Positions 12,743 through 25,977 of a DNA stretch of 64,000 nucleotides are shown piece by piece. Each line of letters starts with the position of its first letter. Position 1 is the stretch's first letter. The translations under genes were made by a program, and so were the position numbers. The stretch is from Octopus vulgaris. Lineage: Eukaryota. Under the pieces are notes generated by a model that saw only the letters and a program-made list of their open reading frames with translations, searched no databases and had not been told where the DNA came from. The DNA is taken from contig OX597814.1 in NCBI GenBank assembly GCA_951406725.2, positions 125,116,001 through 125,180,000 on the forward strand, given 5' to 3'.

Positions 12743-12950
12743 CTAGCAGTAATACTCGTCGTAGATCGGATAAATACTTTAATTACTTTTAATGTTTCTC
12801 GGGAGCCACATTCAGAGTATTATTCTATATATATAATTTTCCTCCTCACGTGTGTGTGTATTCTATGAACAGAAGTTCGTATATGAAATCCATCATTTTT
12901 CTACTTCAGTTATTGCATTTTTTTATCTTATATAAAGCACGCATACAGGA
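12742..12950 (-). mobile_element. Possible Helitron 3' end fragment
   Basis: Minus strand ...ccgatctacgacgagtattactgCTAGt resembles the Helitron-type end at 56784-56812. Confidence 0.4.
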
Positions 12951-13074
12951 CGAGTAAATCTAAATCTCACTGACAGGACACAGCATTTGTAATTTCATTT
13001 CATTATTACTTACTGATATTCCTGATATTCCTAATCAAGAAAATGTCTTCTTAAAAAAGACCTTCAAAAAAGGA

Positions 13075-13905
13075 ACACCAAACAAACGCACGAATACCTG
13101 GTGGATTGCAATCCCAAAGACACAGTGAGTGCGAGACCCGGGCATTTACATGAGTAATGATTCATCCTTCCATGTGCATGTTGCTAAGTTGGCAATGAAA
13201 TGCAGGCGGCTGACCAGATGGTTTGTTAGATCTTTTAGAACAAGAGATCAGGAAACAATGATGGTCCTTTGCAGGACATTTGTTCTAAGCCGCTTTGACT
13301 GTTGCTCCCAGCTATGATCACCAACCAGTGTAAAATTAATTGCAGAACTTGAGCCTATCCAACGAAGCTGCATGAAGAAGGTAGCCTCTATACAGCATAT
13401 AAGCTGCCGGGAAAAAACTCAAGAGATTAAGACTCTATTCCTTAGAGCGTGGGCGGGAAAGATATGCCATAACATACATCTGGAAGATCCTAGAGGGGCT
13501 AGTCCCAAACTCTGGCATCGAGAGTTGCACTAACGCTTGAGCAGGGCTCCACTGCATAGTACCAAAGTCTCCAACTTTGCCATCGAGATATAGGACAAGA
13601 AATTGCAACAGCCTGGGCTTTAAACGCTCACAGCTCTTCAATATCCTCCTTGAAGGACATGAAGGACTTACATGGGGTGGATGTAAGTGTCTTCAAAACG
13701 AAACTAGATCTCTTCATGTCAATTATCTCAGATGAACCAACTTCACAGCAAGAAGTGCAAATGAGGACAGCGGCATCAAAGTACCTCATGCACCAAACGT
13801 CAATTACTAAAAAGAATTAGTGAAGTAAAAATTATGTAGCAACACCAAATGGCGGTGCCCCAGCATGGCCATACCTCGTGAGCTGAAACTAGTTCAATTC
13901 AATTC
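13075..13905 (+). mobile_element. CR1-clade LINE 3' fragment (degenerate)
   Basis: VRDPGIYMSND..SFRTRDQETMMVL..LSRFDCCSQL*SP..LYSLERGRERY..; ends in a (ttcaa)n-like tail. Confidence 0.85.
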
Positions 13906-13930
13906 ATATATATATAGAGAGAGAGAGAGA

Positions 13931-14184
13931 TGGACTTGCATAGCAAGTAATTTGATCTGAGATCGTGTTCTGGAACGAAAACAATTGCAGCGTGGAAGGT
14001 GTTTGTAAGCCATTTAAGAAACACACAAAAGCCGTTCGATTCACTTCAACATTTAAGTTTAATTTGTCAAAATATTTTCGTCGCTAAAATCCGCGACCTG
14101 TTCACTGACAAAAATCCGTGAAGTGAATCGAACGGCTTTTGTGTATTTCTTAAATGGCTTACAAACACCTTCCACGCTGCAATT
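13931..14184. mobile_element. TA-flanked mini-palindrome (66-bp arms 13983-14048 / 14119-14184) with a hammerhead variant in the spacer
   Basis: aattgcagcgtggaaggtgtttgtaagcc...ttcgattcacttca is mirrored almost perfectly (1 mismatch seen). Confidence 0.75.
14063..14112 (-). ncRNA. Hammerhead-like ribozyme variant with G3:C8 core
   Basis: Minus strand: tttgtca-GTGAACA-g-gtcgc(ggatttta)gcgac-GAAA-atat-TT-tgacaaa; 7-bp stem I, 5-bp stem II. Confidence 0.6.
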
Positions 14185-14225
14185 ATATATATATATATAT
14201 ATATATTCAAATATGTACATATATA

Positions 14226-14283
<58 letters not shown>

Positions 14284-14364
14284 CATATATATATATATAC
14301 ACATATATATATATATGTATGTATATATACACACACACATATATATAAATATATATATACATAC

Positions 14365-14490
<126 letters not shown>

Positions 14491-14492
14491 AT

Positions 14493-15323
14493 CTTTTATC
14501 TTTTACTGGTTTCAACCCAGGGCTGAGGTCATGCTGGTACACCACCTATAGTTACTCGGTGTTGTTTCCGAAATTGTTTTTTATGAAGTAGCGAGTCGGA
14601 CGGAGTTGCTCTCCTTTGCATCTTCTGCCACGATGTGGGTTCATTTGGTGTCTCAGGCAGAAACCTGTCCAGACATTCCTTGAAAACTTCCACATCAACA
14701 CTTTGTAGATCTGGAGGGTTGCCTGAAAGGATGTCGAACAATTGTAGGCCCTTGAAACTCAGACTCGAATCCATCTAGCCATTCACCTGAACGGTGTTGC
14801 CATCTTGGCAATATGCACATGAAATGTTGCATCATTGCTCATGTGAACACCCAGGTCACGCACCGACTCTGACTCTGGGATCACCTTACTTTTTGGTCCA
14901 GTGTATTCTGATTTTAGTCTGGTGTTGAACCGATAGTGGAGTGCTTGAAATTTCATTGCATTGAACTGCATGTTATTTTTGTTAGCTCATTTGTGTATTT
15001 CTTTCAGGTCCTTCAGCAATTTTCTGATGTTCCCTCGGTTCCTAACTGCCTGCGATACTTTTGTGTCATCTGCATAACCGGTCAGATTTGCTGACTGTAC
15101 CGCGGAAGGCATGTCTGAGAGGGCCACCACAAATAGTAGTGGCCCCAGTACAATTCCTTGTGGAATTACGCTGAGAATTGGTATCTCTTCGGAGTGAACA
15201 ACATTGGCTACAACTGCCTGACTCCTGCCCTTCATAAAATCATGCAGCCACTCTCCCAGAGTCCCCGTAATACCAAGGTTTCGCAGCTTGTAACATATCA
15301 TGCCATAATCACCCTTGTCGAAA
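14493..15323 (-). mobile_element. CR1-clade LINE RT fragment with internal deletion
   Basis: FDKGDYG..KLRNLGITG..WLHDF..SVIPQGIVLGPLLF..YADDTK..MQFNAMKFQ..VRDLGV. Confidence 0.9.
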
Positions 15324-15829
15324 AATAAGTAGAAATAAGTAGCAGTTGAACACTTTCCCCTTTCCCCCCGAAATTGCTAGCCTTGTGCCTTAATTTGAAA
15401 CCAATATTACATAAACTCCAAAGATAGCGAGCTCGCTGAATCGTTACCGTGCCGGAAAAAAATGATTAACGGCATTTTATCTGACTTTACGTTCTGCGTT
15501 GAAATGTCGCCAGTGTCGACTTTGCATTTCTTTCTTTCGAGGTCGATAAAAGTACCAGTTGGATACTGGAGATCGATCTAATCGACTTACTCCTTCCCAG
15601 CAAATCACTGGCCTCGTGCTAAAATTTGAAACCGATATCAAATAAACTCCAGGAAAGAAAGATGTTTGTACGAACTGATATAAGATAGTTGAAAAGTAAG
15701 TCCCTCACTTACTGTCTCACGAAGAAATCATTTGAAGATATTTAACTTAATGTGTTTCGAAGTCATTAACTAATTGGTTGTTAATTGATGCAGTAGATTC
15801 ATTTAAGTGTAAGGTGTGCATCGAGGGAG

Positions 15830-16430
15830 TTTCAGCTGGAGGTAGTGTTGAGTTGGATCTCAGTAGGGTTGTGAAGACGGAAGGTGCGAAAGCATTTTGT
15901 TACTTAGGTGATATTGAGAAAATTGATCAAACTCGCTGACTGTGGCTTGAGTGAGATGTACATAAAAGAAATACTAAGAACTGAGAGGTGTACTACTGAA
16001 GAAAAGAATGATGCTGAAATTGATGGGAAAGGTTTTTATTGCATGTGTATATAAGTGCCATTATTTATCGAATTAAGATATTGGTAACAGATGTGGAACA
16101 GTAGACTTGGAGAGAAACAAAGAATGAATTATAAATGATTATAGGAATAGAATCAATGACAGATGCTGTGAAGCAAATTGGGATGAAATGGCTGGATCGT
16201 ATTCCGAAGATGGGTGAAAGTGATTCGATGAGAAGATTGGTGGAAAAAGGTAGAGTAAAAGGAATACCGAAAGATAGTCTAAACAGCTAAATCTGATGGA
16301 AGAAGAAATGAAGGCAAAGGAGTTTTTTTTACAGAGGGTGAATGTAGAAGAGTGAGTAAAATGGAGAAAATCATCATGTGGTCCACAGGGCTAACCTCTG
16401 CTTTAGCCGGGGAAAATTGCTTTAAAACAG
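15830..16430 (+). mobile_element. Very old RTE-like LINE fragment
   Basis: Scattered motifs AFCYLGD, GKVFIACV, MKWLDRI..M. Confidence 0.4.
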
Positions 16431-17062
16431 TTGTTATTTTGTCCAGTTGTATTTTAAAGAAGTCAGCCTTGGAGCCTCTCTGACGAAGCCCTTTCTATTT
16501 CCAAGAAATATTGATGGAAATATTTGAACATAGAATTACAATGTAACAAAACCGTTGTATATTATAGTGTGATAATGTTGCTGCTGCTGTTTCTAGCACA
16601 GAAGTGTATTGCCGCATGGTTCTTTATGCCTGATACATACTCTACATATCCAAGATGGTCCTGGCTAAAAGAAAACAAAATTCTGGCTGCCGGCTTCTGG
16701 GATTGCAAATAAGGCCATCTCTTCTGCCATTTCCAATGCATTGATCTGTGGCACTTGCAGAACGGCACTTTCTGGGCCATGCTTTTATTGTTGTGTCGCT
16801 TTTTTTGTTTATCAAGCTTTTTAAGCAGGTAACCCTTAATTGGCGTTCACTGCCACTTGTTTAGCTGATGGGCATTTTGCTTTACTCAACCGGTCTCATT
16901 GCTCTTCTTTCGACAACCACAATAATACATCTCCAGAATAGGCCATGAGGACTTGCCAGTCCATAAAGACACCGCTCCACCCAAACATGTCTTTTCCCGT
17001 CGATTTGGCATTCATTATTTGTAGGTACTTCAAGAAAAGATTCCACAGTTAATGTTAAGTGG

Positions 17063-17376
17063 TGATGATGATTTGGCTAGAAGTGGTGGTGTTCATAGTG
17101 GTGATGGTGGTGGTGGTGGCGGTGGTGATGGTGGTGGTGGTGGTGGTGGTGATGGTGGTGGTGGTGGTGACGATGGTGGTGTAACGATGATGGTAGTGGA
17201 GTTGGCAGTGATGATGACGGTAGTGGTGTGACAACGGTTGTAATGGCAGCGGTGATGGTGGTGGTGTGACGATGGTGGTGATGTTGATAGCGGTGGTGGT
17301 GGTGGTGGTGGTGGTGATGGTGATGGTGTGGTGGTGGTGGTGGTGGTGGTGGTGGTGGCGGCGGCGGCGGCGGTGC
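17063..17376. repeat. Imperfect (GGT/GAT)n trinucleotide repeat
   Basis: Direct; produces spurious poly-His/Pro ORFs. Confidence 0.9.
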
Positions 17377-17817
17377 CAGTTGACAAAATAGTGTTACTCG
17401 GGAAAGCGACTTCATTAGTCGACTGCAGCTGTCTTTGCTAGTTTGCCTGAATTCATATTTGTTTCTGGTGTTGATGTTGTTGGTGTTGTTATTGTTGTTG
17501 CTGCTGCTGTTAACTTTCGTACTGTCAGTGACATTGGTAATACTTTTATTTGTGCTGACGGAGTAGGCGGCTGTTTTAGAATTATTGAGCAGTAGAAAAT
17601 ATTTCTTTATTGCGACAAAGGCAAGAAATGTAATAACAATAATAAAATATACAGAAAGAAATATTATTTCTTGGCCTTGGTGAGTGACATCTTCATAGAA
17701 AGATATTGTTTTAACGATGTAATATATAAGTGATAGTAGAAAGTCTTCTCTTGGTTATAAAATATCAGCCAGGATATTAGATATGTTAACACTAACTGAA
17801 CTTTTGTTTTTATGCAG

Positions 17818-17918
17818 ATAGCACCTCTGAACTATTTATTGTCTAAGCAATTATGCTCCTGGGCCAAGCAATATGCAGTCCCGCACGTCTATTTTGTGAT
17901 TTGTTCGTCATTACTTCG
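17818..17918 (+). other. Candidate spliceosomal exon of an unidentified host transcript
   Basis: Branch-like actaac + pyrimidine tract + tatgcag acceptor at 17817; donor G/gtaagt at 17919; 101 nt of unique sequence. Confidence 0.35.
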
Positions 17919-20051
17919 GTAAGTAGATTGAAGTCTATATTTCGCTGATGAGGTTATAATAAAGCAGAAACAACTTTGGGGTTGTTTCCCGTACTTATCG
18001 AAACTATAAAAATAATATCAGCACTTGTTTAATCTTTTGTGCAGAATTATTTCTGGTTAACCTTTCTTAATGCTCCCAGCATTTAATGTGTTAATACTCA
18101 TTAACCATTGAATGGGTCGTACGTGCACAAATATGACATCATTTTACAGCAAAGAATATTTTGCAAAGTTATAGTTTCGAATTCTTCTTTCTTCATTTTG
18201 AGCCATCAGATCAACGAACAACTGATGACTTGGTAGAATTGTAACAACGTCGAATAGGATGCCTCACATTATTTATTCCCGTGTTCTGCGCTCTTAGTTC
18301 AAATCCCGCCATGATCAAATTTACCGTTCGTGCATTCGTGGTCGATAACAAAGTACTAATTCAGAGTGATGGATTGGCGGAACTGTAAGAAAGCTGTACG
18401 GGTTGTCTTGCAGTGTTTGTTCTGACACTTTTCATTCTGGGTTCAAATGCTGCCTTGGCCTACATACGTAGAGGACTCGATTCGTCATCCAAATTAACAT
18501 CACCACCTGACACCTTAGATGCCTTTAGTAGAGTCCACACAATTGCAAGCTTTCGAGCTAGATCCCCAATTTATAGATATTTCCCACCCTCGTTGTCACT
18601 CTTGGAGGCCTTGTAAAGGATCATGGACACAGTTTTTTATACCGACTAAGATATTAAAAAAATTATGTATTAATCATGGAACTTCCACGGGAAAAAGACA
18701 TGGTTTTCTGCTGCCTACCTTCGAGTGTGTTTATTTAATTTTCACTAGACACTAACTTTACGGTGACACACTGACAAATTCACCACACCTTCGACAGGAC
18801 TTCTGAGCATAAATAACACGAACAAACATCACAAAATACTTTACACAATTCACTAATGATTCTACCAATCCACTACTTTGAACTAGAACATGATTTTATT
18901 AACATTGGAAGGATGAATGGCAACTGATAGCCTCGGTGGGATTTGAATCTAGTACTTTAGGAACTGGAACAAATACCACAAGTCATTTTAACTGATGCTT
19001 TTAACGATTCAAATAATCCACTACCTTAATTTTTTAATTATTTGTGTTTTAATAGTTATACAGTTGTAGATCAAAACCTCTGTCAATATTTCTTAATTGA
19101 GCTATTGCTTACTTTTAATAGGTTTTTATTATGGAAATGATATAATAAATAATATATTTCTAAGACTTAATGCAGTTTTATCTAATGAATTGCTAGCGTG
19201 TTACATCATTTTAATTGCAGGGAGGTTTAGTAACCGTTTGATAAAACGTCTAATTACTATCATATGAATATGAATGATTATTTATATGAATATTAATGTT
19301 ACTAGTTTGTTTGCTATTTCGAATAATTGTGAAAGCTTTGGGGGTTGGAAATCTTATTGATAGATAATCATGGACAAATAAACAATTATCCACAGTAACA
19401 GGGTTCCTTAGATTTAATCAAAACAGTTTACACTCACAAACACGCACACTGACAGACATATACGCACACATACATACACATACGCATGCACACACTTACA
19501 CACACACACAAATACACACTTAAACATACACACATATCTTTCTAATTCACTATTACCCCTCTCTATCATTTTGAATATTTATCGATCTTCGTGTATATAA
19601 ATATATACATGAGTAGGTGAACAAACGAAAAGAGACAACACACAACACATTTAGTTGGAATATTAAGTGATTAATGACACGTTCACTCAGCTCCATTTTA
19701 CTTAAAGTTTAGTCGACGCAGCAGACGCCCACATCCACGCATATGTACACATGAACTGAAGAGAATTTTTAAATATTTTGAAATAGCTTCTAGATAGGAA
19801 GATTTGGAGAATCCGTTGATCATTTCAAAGTTACGTGGCTACTTTGGATAAGCAACGACAACACTTGCTGTCATCATATGCTCCAGGTGGTCGAGCAGAC
19901 AGTATGTGGACGTCAGGTAATTGGAGGTCTGTGGGATTTCACAAGTTAGCAACGACAATTACTGGTGGAGCCTGTGGACAGATAACTTTTTTGGTGCTGT
20001 TAAGTTACATATCAGTTAGGATGTCAAGTATGACTACGTGGTGTAATTATA

Positions 20052-20647
20052 TATTTCTTTACTACTCACAAGGGGCTAAACATAGAGGGGACAAACAGGA
20101 ATAGACATAGGGATTAAGTCGATTACATCGACCAGAGTGCGAAACTGGTACTTTATTTATCGACCCCGAAAGGATGAAAGGCAAAGTCGACCTCGGCGGA
20201 ATTTGAACTCAGAACGTAACGACAGACGAAATACCTACTTCTTCACTACCCACAAGGTGCTAAACACAGAGAGGACAAACAAGGACAGACAGACGGATTA
20301 AGTCGATTATATCTACCCCAGTGCGTAACTGGTACTTAATTGATTGACCCCGAAAGGATGAAAGGTAAAGTCGACCTCGGCGGAATTTGAACTCAGAACG
20401 TAACGGCAGACGAAATACCCATTTCTTTACTACCCACAAGGAGCTAAACACAGTGGTGACAAACAAGGACAACGGGATTAAGTCGATTATATCGACCCGA
20501 GTGCGTAACTGGTACTTAATTTATCGACCCCCGAAAGGATGAAAGGCAAAATCGTCCTCGGCAGAATTTGAACTCAGAACGTAACGGCAGACGAAATACA
20601 GCTAAGCATTTCGCCCGGCGTGCTAACGTTTCTGCCAGCTCGCCGCC
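20052..20647 (-). mobile_element. SINE family B: tRNA-like head plus three tandem ~185-bp body units
   Basis: Head ggcggcgagctggcagaaacgttagc at the right end; unit repeats at ~20052, ~20239, ~20421. Confidence 0.85.
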
Positions 20648-20880
20648 TGATGTGGTGTAATTATAGTCGGATGATAGTTGACCATGATGATAGCAAGCGG
20701 AAGGGAAAATAATCTCACTGTTGTCAAGCAAGACTTATATGTCCTGCTTATATATACCCTATGTAGGCTAAACAGTTATGGTGGTATATGGGGGTTATCA
20801 GCCTATGGTTTGAAGTTCACAAAGGGGGTGTATCTTTGCTAAGGACAATAGAAACGACCAGTTTTTCCTGTTGATGGATA

Positions 20881-21105
20881 CTCTCTTTTACTCTTTTACT
20901 TGTTTCAGTCATTTGACTGCGGCCATGCTGGAGCACCGCCTTTAGTCGAGGAAATCGACTCCAGGACTTATTCTTTGTAAGACTAGTACTTATTCTATTG
21001 GTCTCTTTTGCCGAACCGCTAAGTTACGGGGACGTAAACACACCAGCATCGGTTGTCAAGCGATGTTGGGGGACAAACACAGACACACAAACATATACAC
21101 ACACT

Positions 21106-21151
<46 letters not shown>

Positions 21152-21309
21152 CGGCAGGCTTCTTTTAATTTCCGTCTACCAAATCCACTCACAAGGCTTT
21201 GGTCGGCCCGAGGCTATAGTAGAAGACACTTGTCCAAAGTGCCACACAGTGGGACTGAACCCGGAACCATGTGGTTGGTAAGCAAGCTACTTACCACACA
21301 GCCACTCCT
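20881..21309 (-). mobile_element. Full-length tRNA-derived SINE family A (CORE-like) with internal (TA)n
   Basis: Minus: aggagtggctgtgtggtaag (A box)..ggttcagtccc (B box-like)..; tail (aaagagt)n. Confidence 0.85.
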
Positions 21310-21518
21310 ACGCAGACAGCTGTAATATAATCAGCTTCTCAAGGAAGCAGAGCTTATAATTATGAGCTCTAGATGAGTGAGGAGAGATCCTATCAAGGAT
21401 ACTTTATCTGATAATGCAGGAGTAGTTTTTTGTTTCCAAACTTCCTAGAAGAAAAACAGTGAAGTGAAAGTTTGTTTTTTCTCCTTGTCTTTGAAAGACT
21501 GCATTTATAATTTCAAAC

Positions 21519-21840
21519 TGGCGCTCTGTCGGTTACGACGACAAGGGTTCCAGTTGATCCGATCACTGAAACAGCCTGCTCATAGAATTAACGTGGAAGT
21601 TGCTGAGTACTCCACAGACATGCGTACAATAAACATAGTTCTCAACGACATTCAGCGTGACGCAGAAAGCGACAAGACTGGCACTTTGAAATACAAGTAT
21701 CGCTCGTTTTTCTCAGTTGAATAGACTGGAGCAACGTAAAATAAAATGTATTTCTCAAGGACACAACGAACCGCCCTGTATCGAGCACATGACGTTACGA
21801 TCGCGAGTCAAATACTCTAACCTTTAGTCACAGGTTTTCA
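21519..21840 (-). mobile_element. Diverged SINE family C-related copy
   Basis: gtcggttacgacg..aattaacgtg.aagt.gctgagtactccacagaca shared with 56935-57250. Confidence 0.65.
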
Positions 21841-21849
21841 CATGTATAG

Positions 21850-22166
21850 TATCAATAATCCCTCGAAAAACATTAGCTGTTGTACACGAGTAATATCTCG
21901 TGATGCTATCGAATGGTGAAAGAGTGGTCTTCTAGACTACTACATTTGAGAAGCAGCATCTTTCGAATGAGCAGTTAGCAGGATTTCAGCATTAAACGGT
22001 TGCGGTGTAGGAGGAATACTGAGTGGGGTGCATGTCTGCTTCTGTTGCAGTGTACAATATTGAAAGCAATATCATCTAGGCATGAGTAGCTAATCTTGAC
22101 ATTATTGGCAATTAAAAATTGAATATAGCTAGGGATTCTTAGGAAATGCTGTCTAATTAGCGTCAG
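21850..22166 (-). pseudogene. Third decayed Penelope-like linker/GIY-YIG fragment
   Basis: Minus translation LIRQHFLRIPSYIQFLIANNVKISYSCLDDIAFNIVHCN...NPANCSFERCCFSNVVV*K resembles KHFP..NTIRLSYS..CNC..CPL..C..LVYK of the 26.6-kb ORF. Confidence 0.55.
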
Positions 22167-22440
22167 AAATCTTGTGATTACATAAGGGGAATCAGCTAAA
22201 CTTCATGGAATATTATACGAATAAAAAACATGCATACAGTCATACACACATACATACATGCATACATACAAATTTGGGTATGTATGTGTATATATACATA
22301 CATATATATGTATATATATATATATATATATATACATACATATATGCATATATATATATATGCATATACATATACATATATACATATGCATACATTTATA
22401 TATATGCATACTTATATACTTATATATATATATATATATA

Positions 22441-22892
22441 TTCACTCCAACGACGCCGTGAACGCTACATTATCTGTATGATGTGGAAAATATTCCATCA
22501 GCACTGTCCGAATGATGTTGGCATCACCTTCAAAATGCATCCAAGGCTTGGACCACGTGCCATCCGTCCACAACAAAAATCTAAAACGCATCACATAACG
22601 ACAATACGGCACAACTATTTCACCTCAGTTGGACCCGCTCTCTTCAACATTACACCAGGACACGTCAAAAAAGAAACTGACCACACAAAATTCAAGAAGT
22701 CTTTGGACAAATTCCTTCAAACAGTACCGGACAAACCATCCACACCCGGATATGTCTCCGCAAACAATAACTCTCTGCTCGAATGGGCCTTGGTGCCCAA
22801 ATCCTGAACTGAAAGACTTCGCCAGGTGGTGCTATTAAGTTAGACATGGCCTGGGCCAATACTGGCCAAAAACCTTTCTAAGTTATTCTAAG

Positions 22893-22894
<2 letters not shown>
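22441..22894 (+). mobile_element. CR1-clade LINE 3' end, reading frame still open, flanked by (TA)n
   Basis: [47 protein letters not shown]; tail (ttctaagtta)2. Confidence 0.88.
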
Positions 22895-22935
<41 letters not shown>

Positions 22936-22979
22936 TACATATATATATATGTATATGTGTGTGTATGTATACATATATA

Positions 22980-23358
22980 GAGGCGCAATGGCCCAGTGGT
23001 TTGGGCAGCGGACTCGCGGTCATAGGATCGCGGTTTCGATTCCCAGACCGGGCATTGTGAGTGTTTATTGATCGAAAACACCTAAAGCTCCACGAGGCTC
23101 CGGCAGGGGATGGTGGTGATCCCTGCTGTACTCTTTCTCCACAACTTTCTCTCACTCTTACTTCCTGTTTCTGTTGTACCTGTATTTCAAAGGGCCGGCC
23201 TTGTCACTCTCTGTGTCACGCTGAATATCCCCGAGAACTACGTTAAGGGTATACGTGTCTGTGGAGTGCTCAGCCACTTACACGTTAATTTCACGAGCAG
23301 GCTGTTCCGTTGATTCGGATCAACCGGAAACCTCGTCGTCGTAACCGACGGAGTGCTT
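22980..23358 (+). mobile_element. tRNA-derived SINE family C, full length
   Basis: gaggcgcaatggcccagtgg (A box)..ggtttcgattccc (B box); near-identical to 59740-60120. Confidence 0.85.
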
Positions 23359-23378
23359 CCTCATACATATATACATAC

Positions 23379-23425
<47 letters not shown>

Positions 23426-23446
23426 TATATATATATATTTAAACAT

Positions 23447-23500
<54 letters not shown>

Positions 23501-23521
23501 CATTGTATGTATACATATATA

Positions 23522-23698
23522 CATTTCCTTTTTCTCTCTCCTTGTTTCTCTCCTTGTTTTTTCTGTGTCCCTTTCTGTAGAAGAGCGTAGGCTCGAAACG
23601 TAAAAGACATTTTCTATTCCTGAGAGTAATACTAATACATCTGCTTGTTTTGTACACCACCTGTCTTCGTCTTTTGTTTTTTTCGTAAACTCCCCCTA

Positions 23699-23699
<1 letters not shown>
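23522..23699 (+). mobile_element. Solo 3' end (pLTR-like) of the Penelope family found at 60700-62680
   Basis: taggctcgaaacgtaaaagac..ctaatac..ctgcttgtt..cacctgtcttcgtc is the reverse complement of 60728-60812; flanked by (TA)n. Confidence 0.75.
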
Positions 23700-23758
<59 letters not shown>

Positions 23759-23841
23759 GGTCCCGGGTTGATTCGGGGTTAACCACAGTAAGTAAGGTAC
23801 TCAATACATAGCAGAGTAAAATTAATTTATTATATAGAAGG

Positions 23842-23892
23842 AGCTTCTACAGGACTAGTACTGTTTCATTCAAGAGAAATCTTCAGGAAGCT
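23842..23892 (-). ncRNA. Type I hammerhead ribozyme (left arm)
   Basis: Exact reverse complement of 30027-30077. Confidence 0.78.
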
Positions 23893-24285
23893 ATTTAACA
23901 AGAATTGTATTAGCATTTATACATTTAGGCAGGTTTAAAGGAGTGGTGGTGGGGGACTTTTTGGGGGTAGGCATAGCGCAAAATATCATACTTGGGGGAG
24001 TGGTCAAGGAGTCAGTGGTAAGTTAGATGAAAGAATAGATAAATAAAAAAATAAAAAAATAAAAAAAAAAAAATAAAAAATAAAAAAATAAAATAAAATA
24101 AAAAAATAAAAAAATAAAAAATATAAAAATATATATAAAAAAATATATATATAAAATATATATATAAAAAAATATATATATAAAAAAAGGGGGATAGAGT
24201 TATAGGTAAATAAGGAGATTCTCACTTATACCTATACACACATGTATACGTATCTACACACACATACATACATACACATATATAT

Positions 24286-24325
<40 letters not shown>

Positions 24326-24787
24326 TTATATACATACCTACACATACACACATACATACATACAAATATACATATACATATATATATATACAATCCAATA
24401 CAGGCCCATTCCCTAATTTTAATTTTATTATCTTCATTTATTACTTTTGTTATCTTTGATCGCTAGGGCTAAGAATCCTGGCAATGGCTGCATGTCCATT
24501 TGTCTGTCTACTAGAAGGCAAGTACTCATTCCCGCACGCACACTCATTAGCACGTACATTCACCCATTCGTACACTCATACACATACACGTACGCACGCG
24601 TTATATTCATACATACAAACATCTACATACGTTCACGTATATACACATACGTACTCGTACCTACAGATTCGTGTCTACACTTTAGGAGGCTAGTCTATAC
24701 ATATACACCAATAAATATACATATATATATATATACCCGCATATACATACACACACACACATATATACTCCTACATACAGATACATA

Positions 24788-24835
<48 letters not shown>

Positions 24836-25298
24836 CATACACATACACACATACATATAACACACACATACATACACATATATATACATACATACACACA
24901 TACACACATACATACGTATACATACATACATACATCCATACATCCATACTTACATGCATTTATACGCATACACACACCCATCTATATATATGTATATATA
25001 TATATATATATATATACACACTCACACATACATATACAAATCTACGCACACACATACATACATACACGTATACGCATACACGCACATACACATATACATG
25101 CGTACCCATGCACGTGCACACACGCACGCGCATCCATATATATACACACACACACATATATATATACACGTGTGCAAGCATACATACATACTCATACGCG
25201 CACACATACTTACAAATACATATATGCACACACTTACACACATATATATACATACACATATACATGCATACATACATATATGCATACATACACACACG

Positions 25299-25340
<42 letters not shown>

Positions 25341-25403
25341 TATATACATATATAGATATATATACACATACATACACATACACATACATACACACATATA
25401 CAC

Positions 25404-25438
<35 letters not shown>

Positions 25439-25643
25439 TACATATATACACATATACATACATATACATACACACACACATACATATATACATATACACT
25501 GATACACATACCCATACATACACATGCATATACTTATATCACTACATACTCACATATATAAACATATATACATATACACACATACATATATACATGTACA
25601 TACACATACGTATGCATATATATATATATACATATATATACAC

Positions 25644-25680
<37 letters not shown>

Positions 25681-25939
25681 TACATATACACATATACATG
25701 TATACATACGCAAAAAATGATACACATATATACACATACACACACACAGACAGATGCATATACATACATATATATATATAAACTACATATCTATATAAAT
25801 ACATACATAATACACATATACACACACATATATATACATTCATGCATATACATATACAAGTATACATACACATACATACACACACACGCGCACGCATACG
25901 TATACACACACACATATACAAATACATACATACACACAT

Positions 25940-25977
<38 letters not shown>

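Noticed and set aside
17077-17415. Poly-His/poly-Pro ORFs
   Set aside because: Trinucleotide microsatellite with no flanking domain or splice support.
22980-23050. tRNA-like sequence with A and B boxes
   Set aside because: Head of a multi-copy SINE continuing into a conserved body, not a tRNA gene; the same applies to the other SINE heads.
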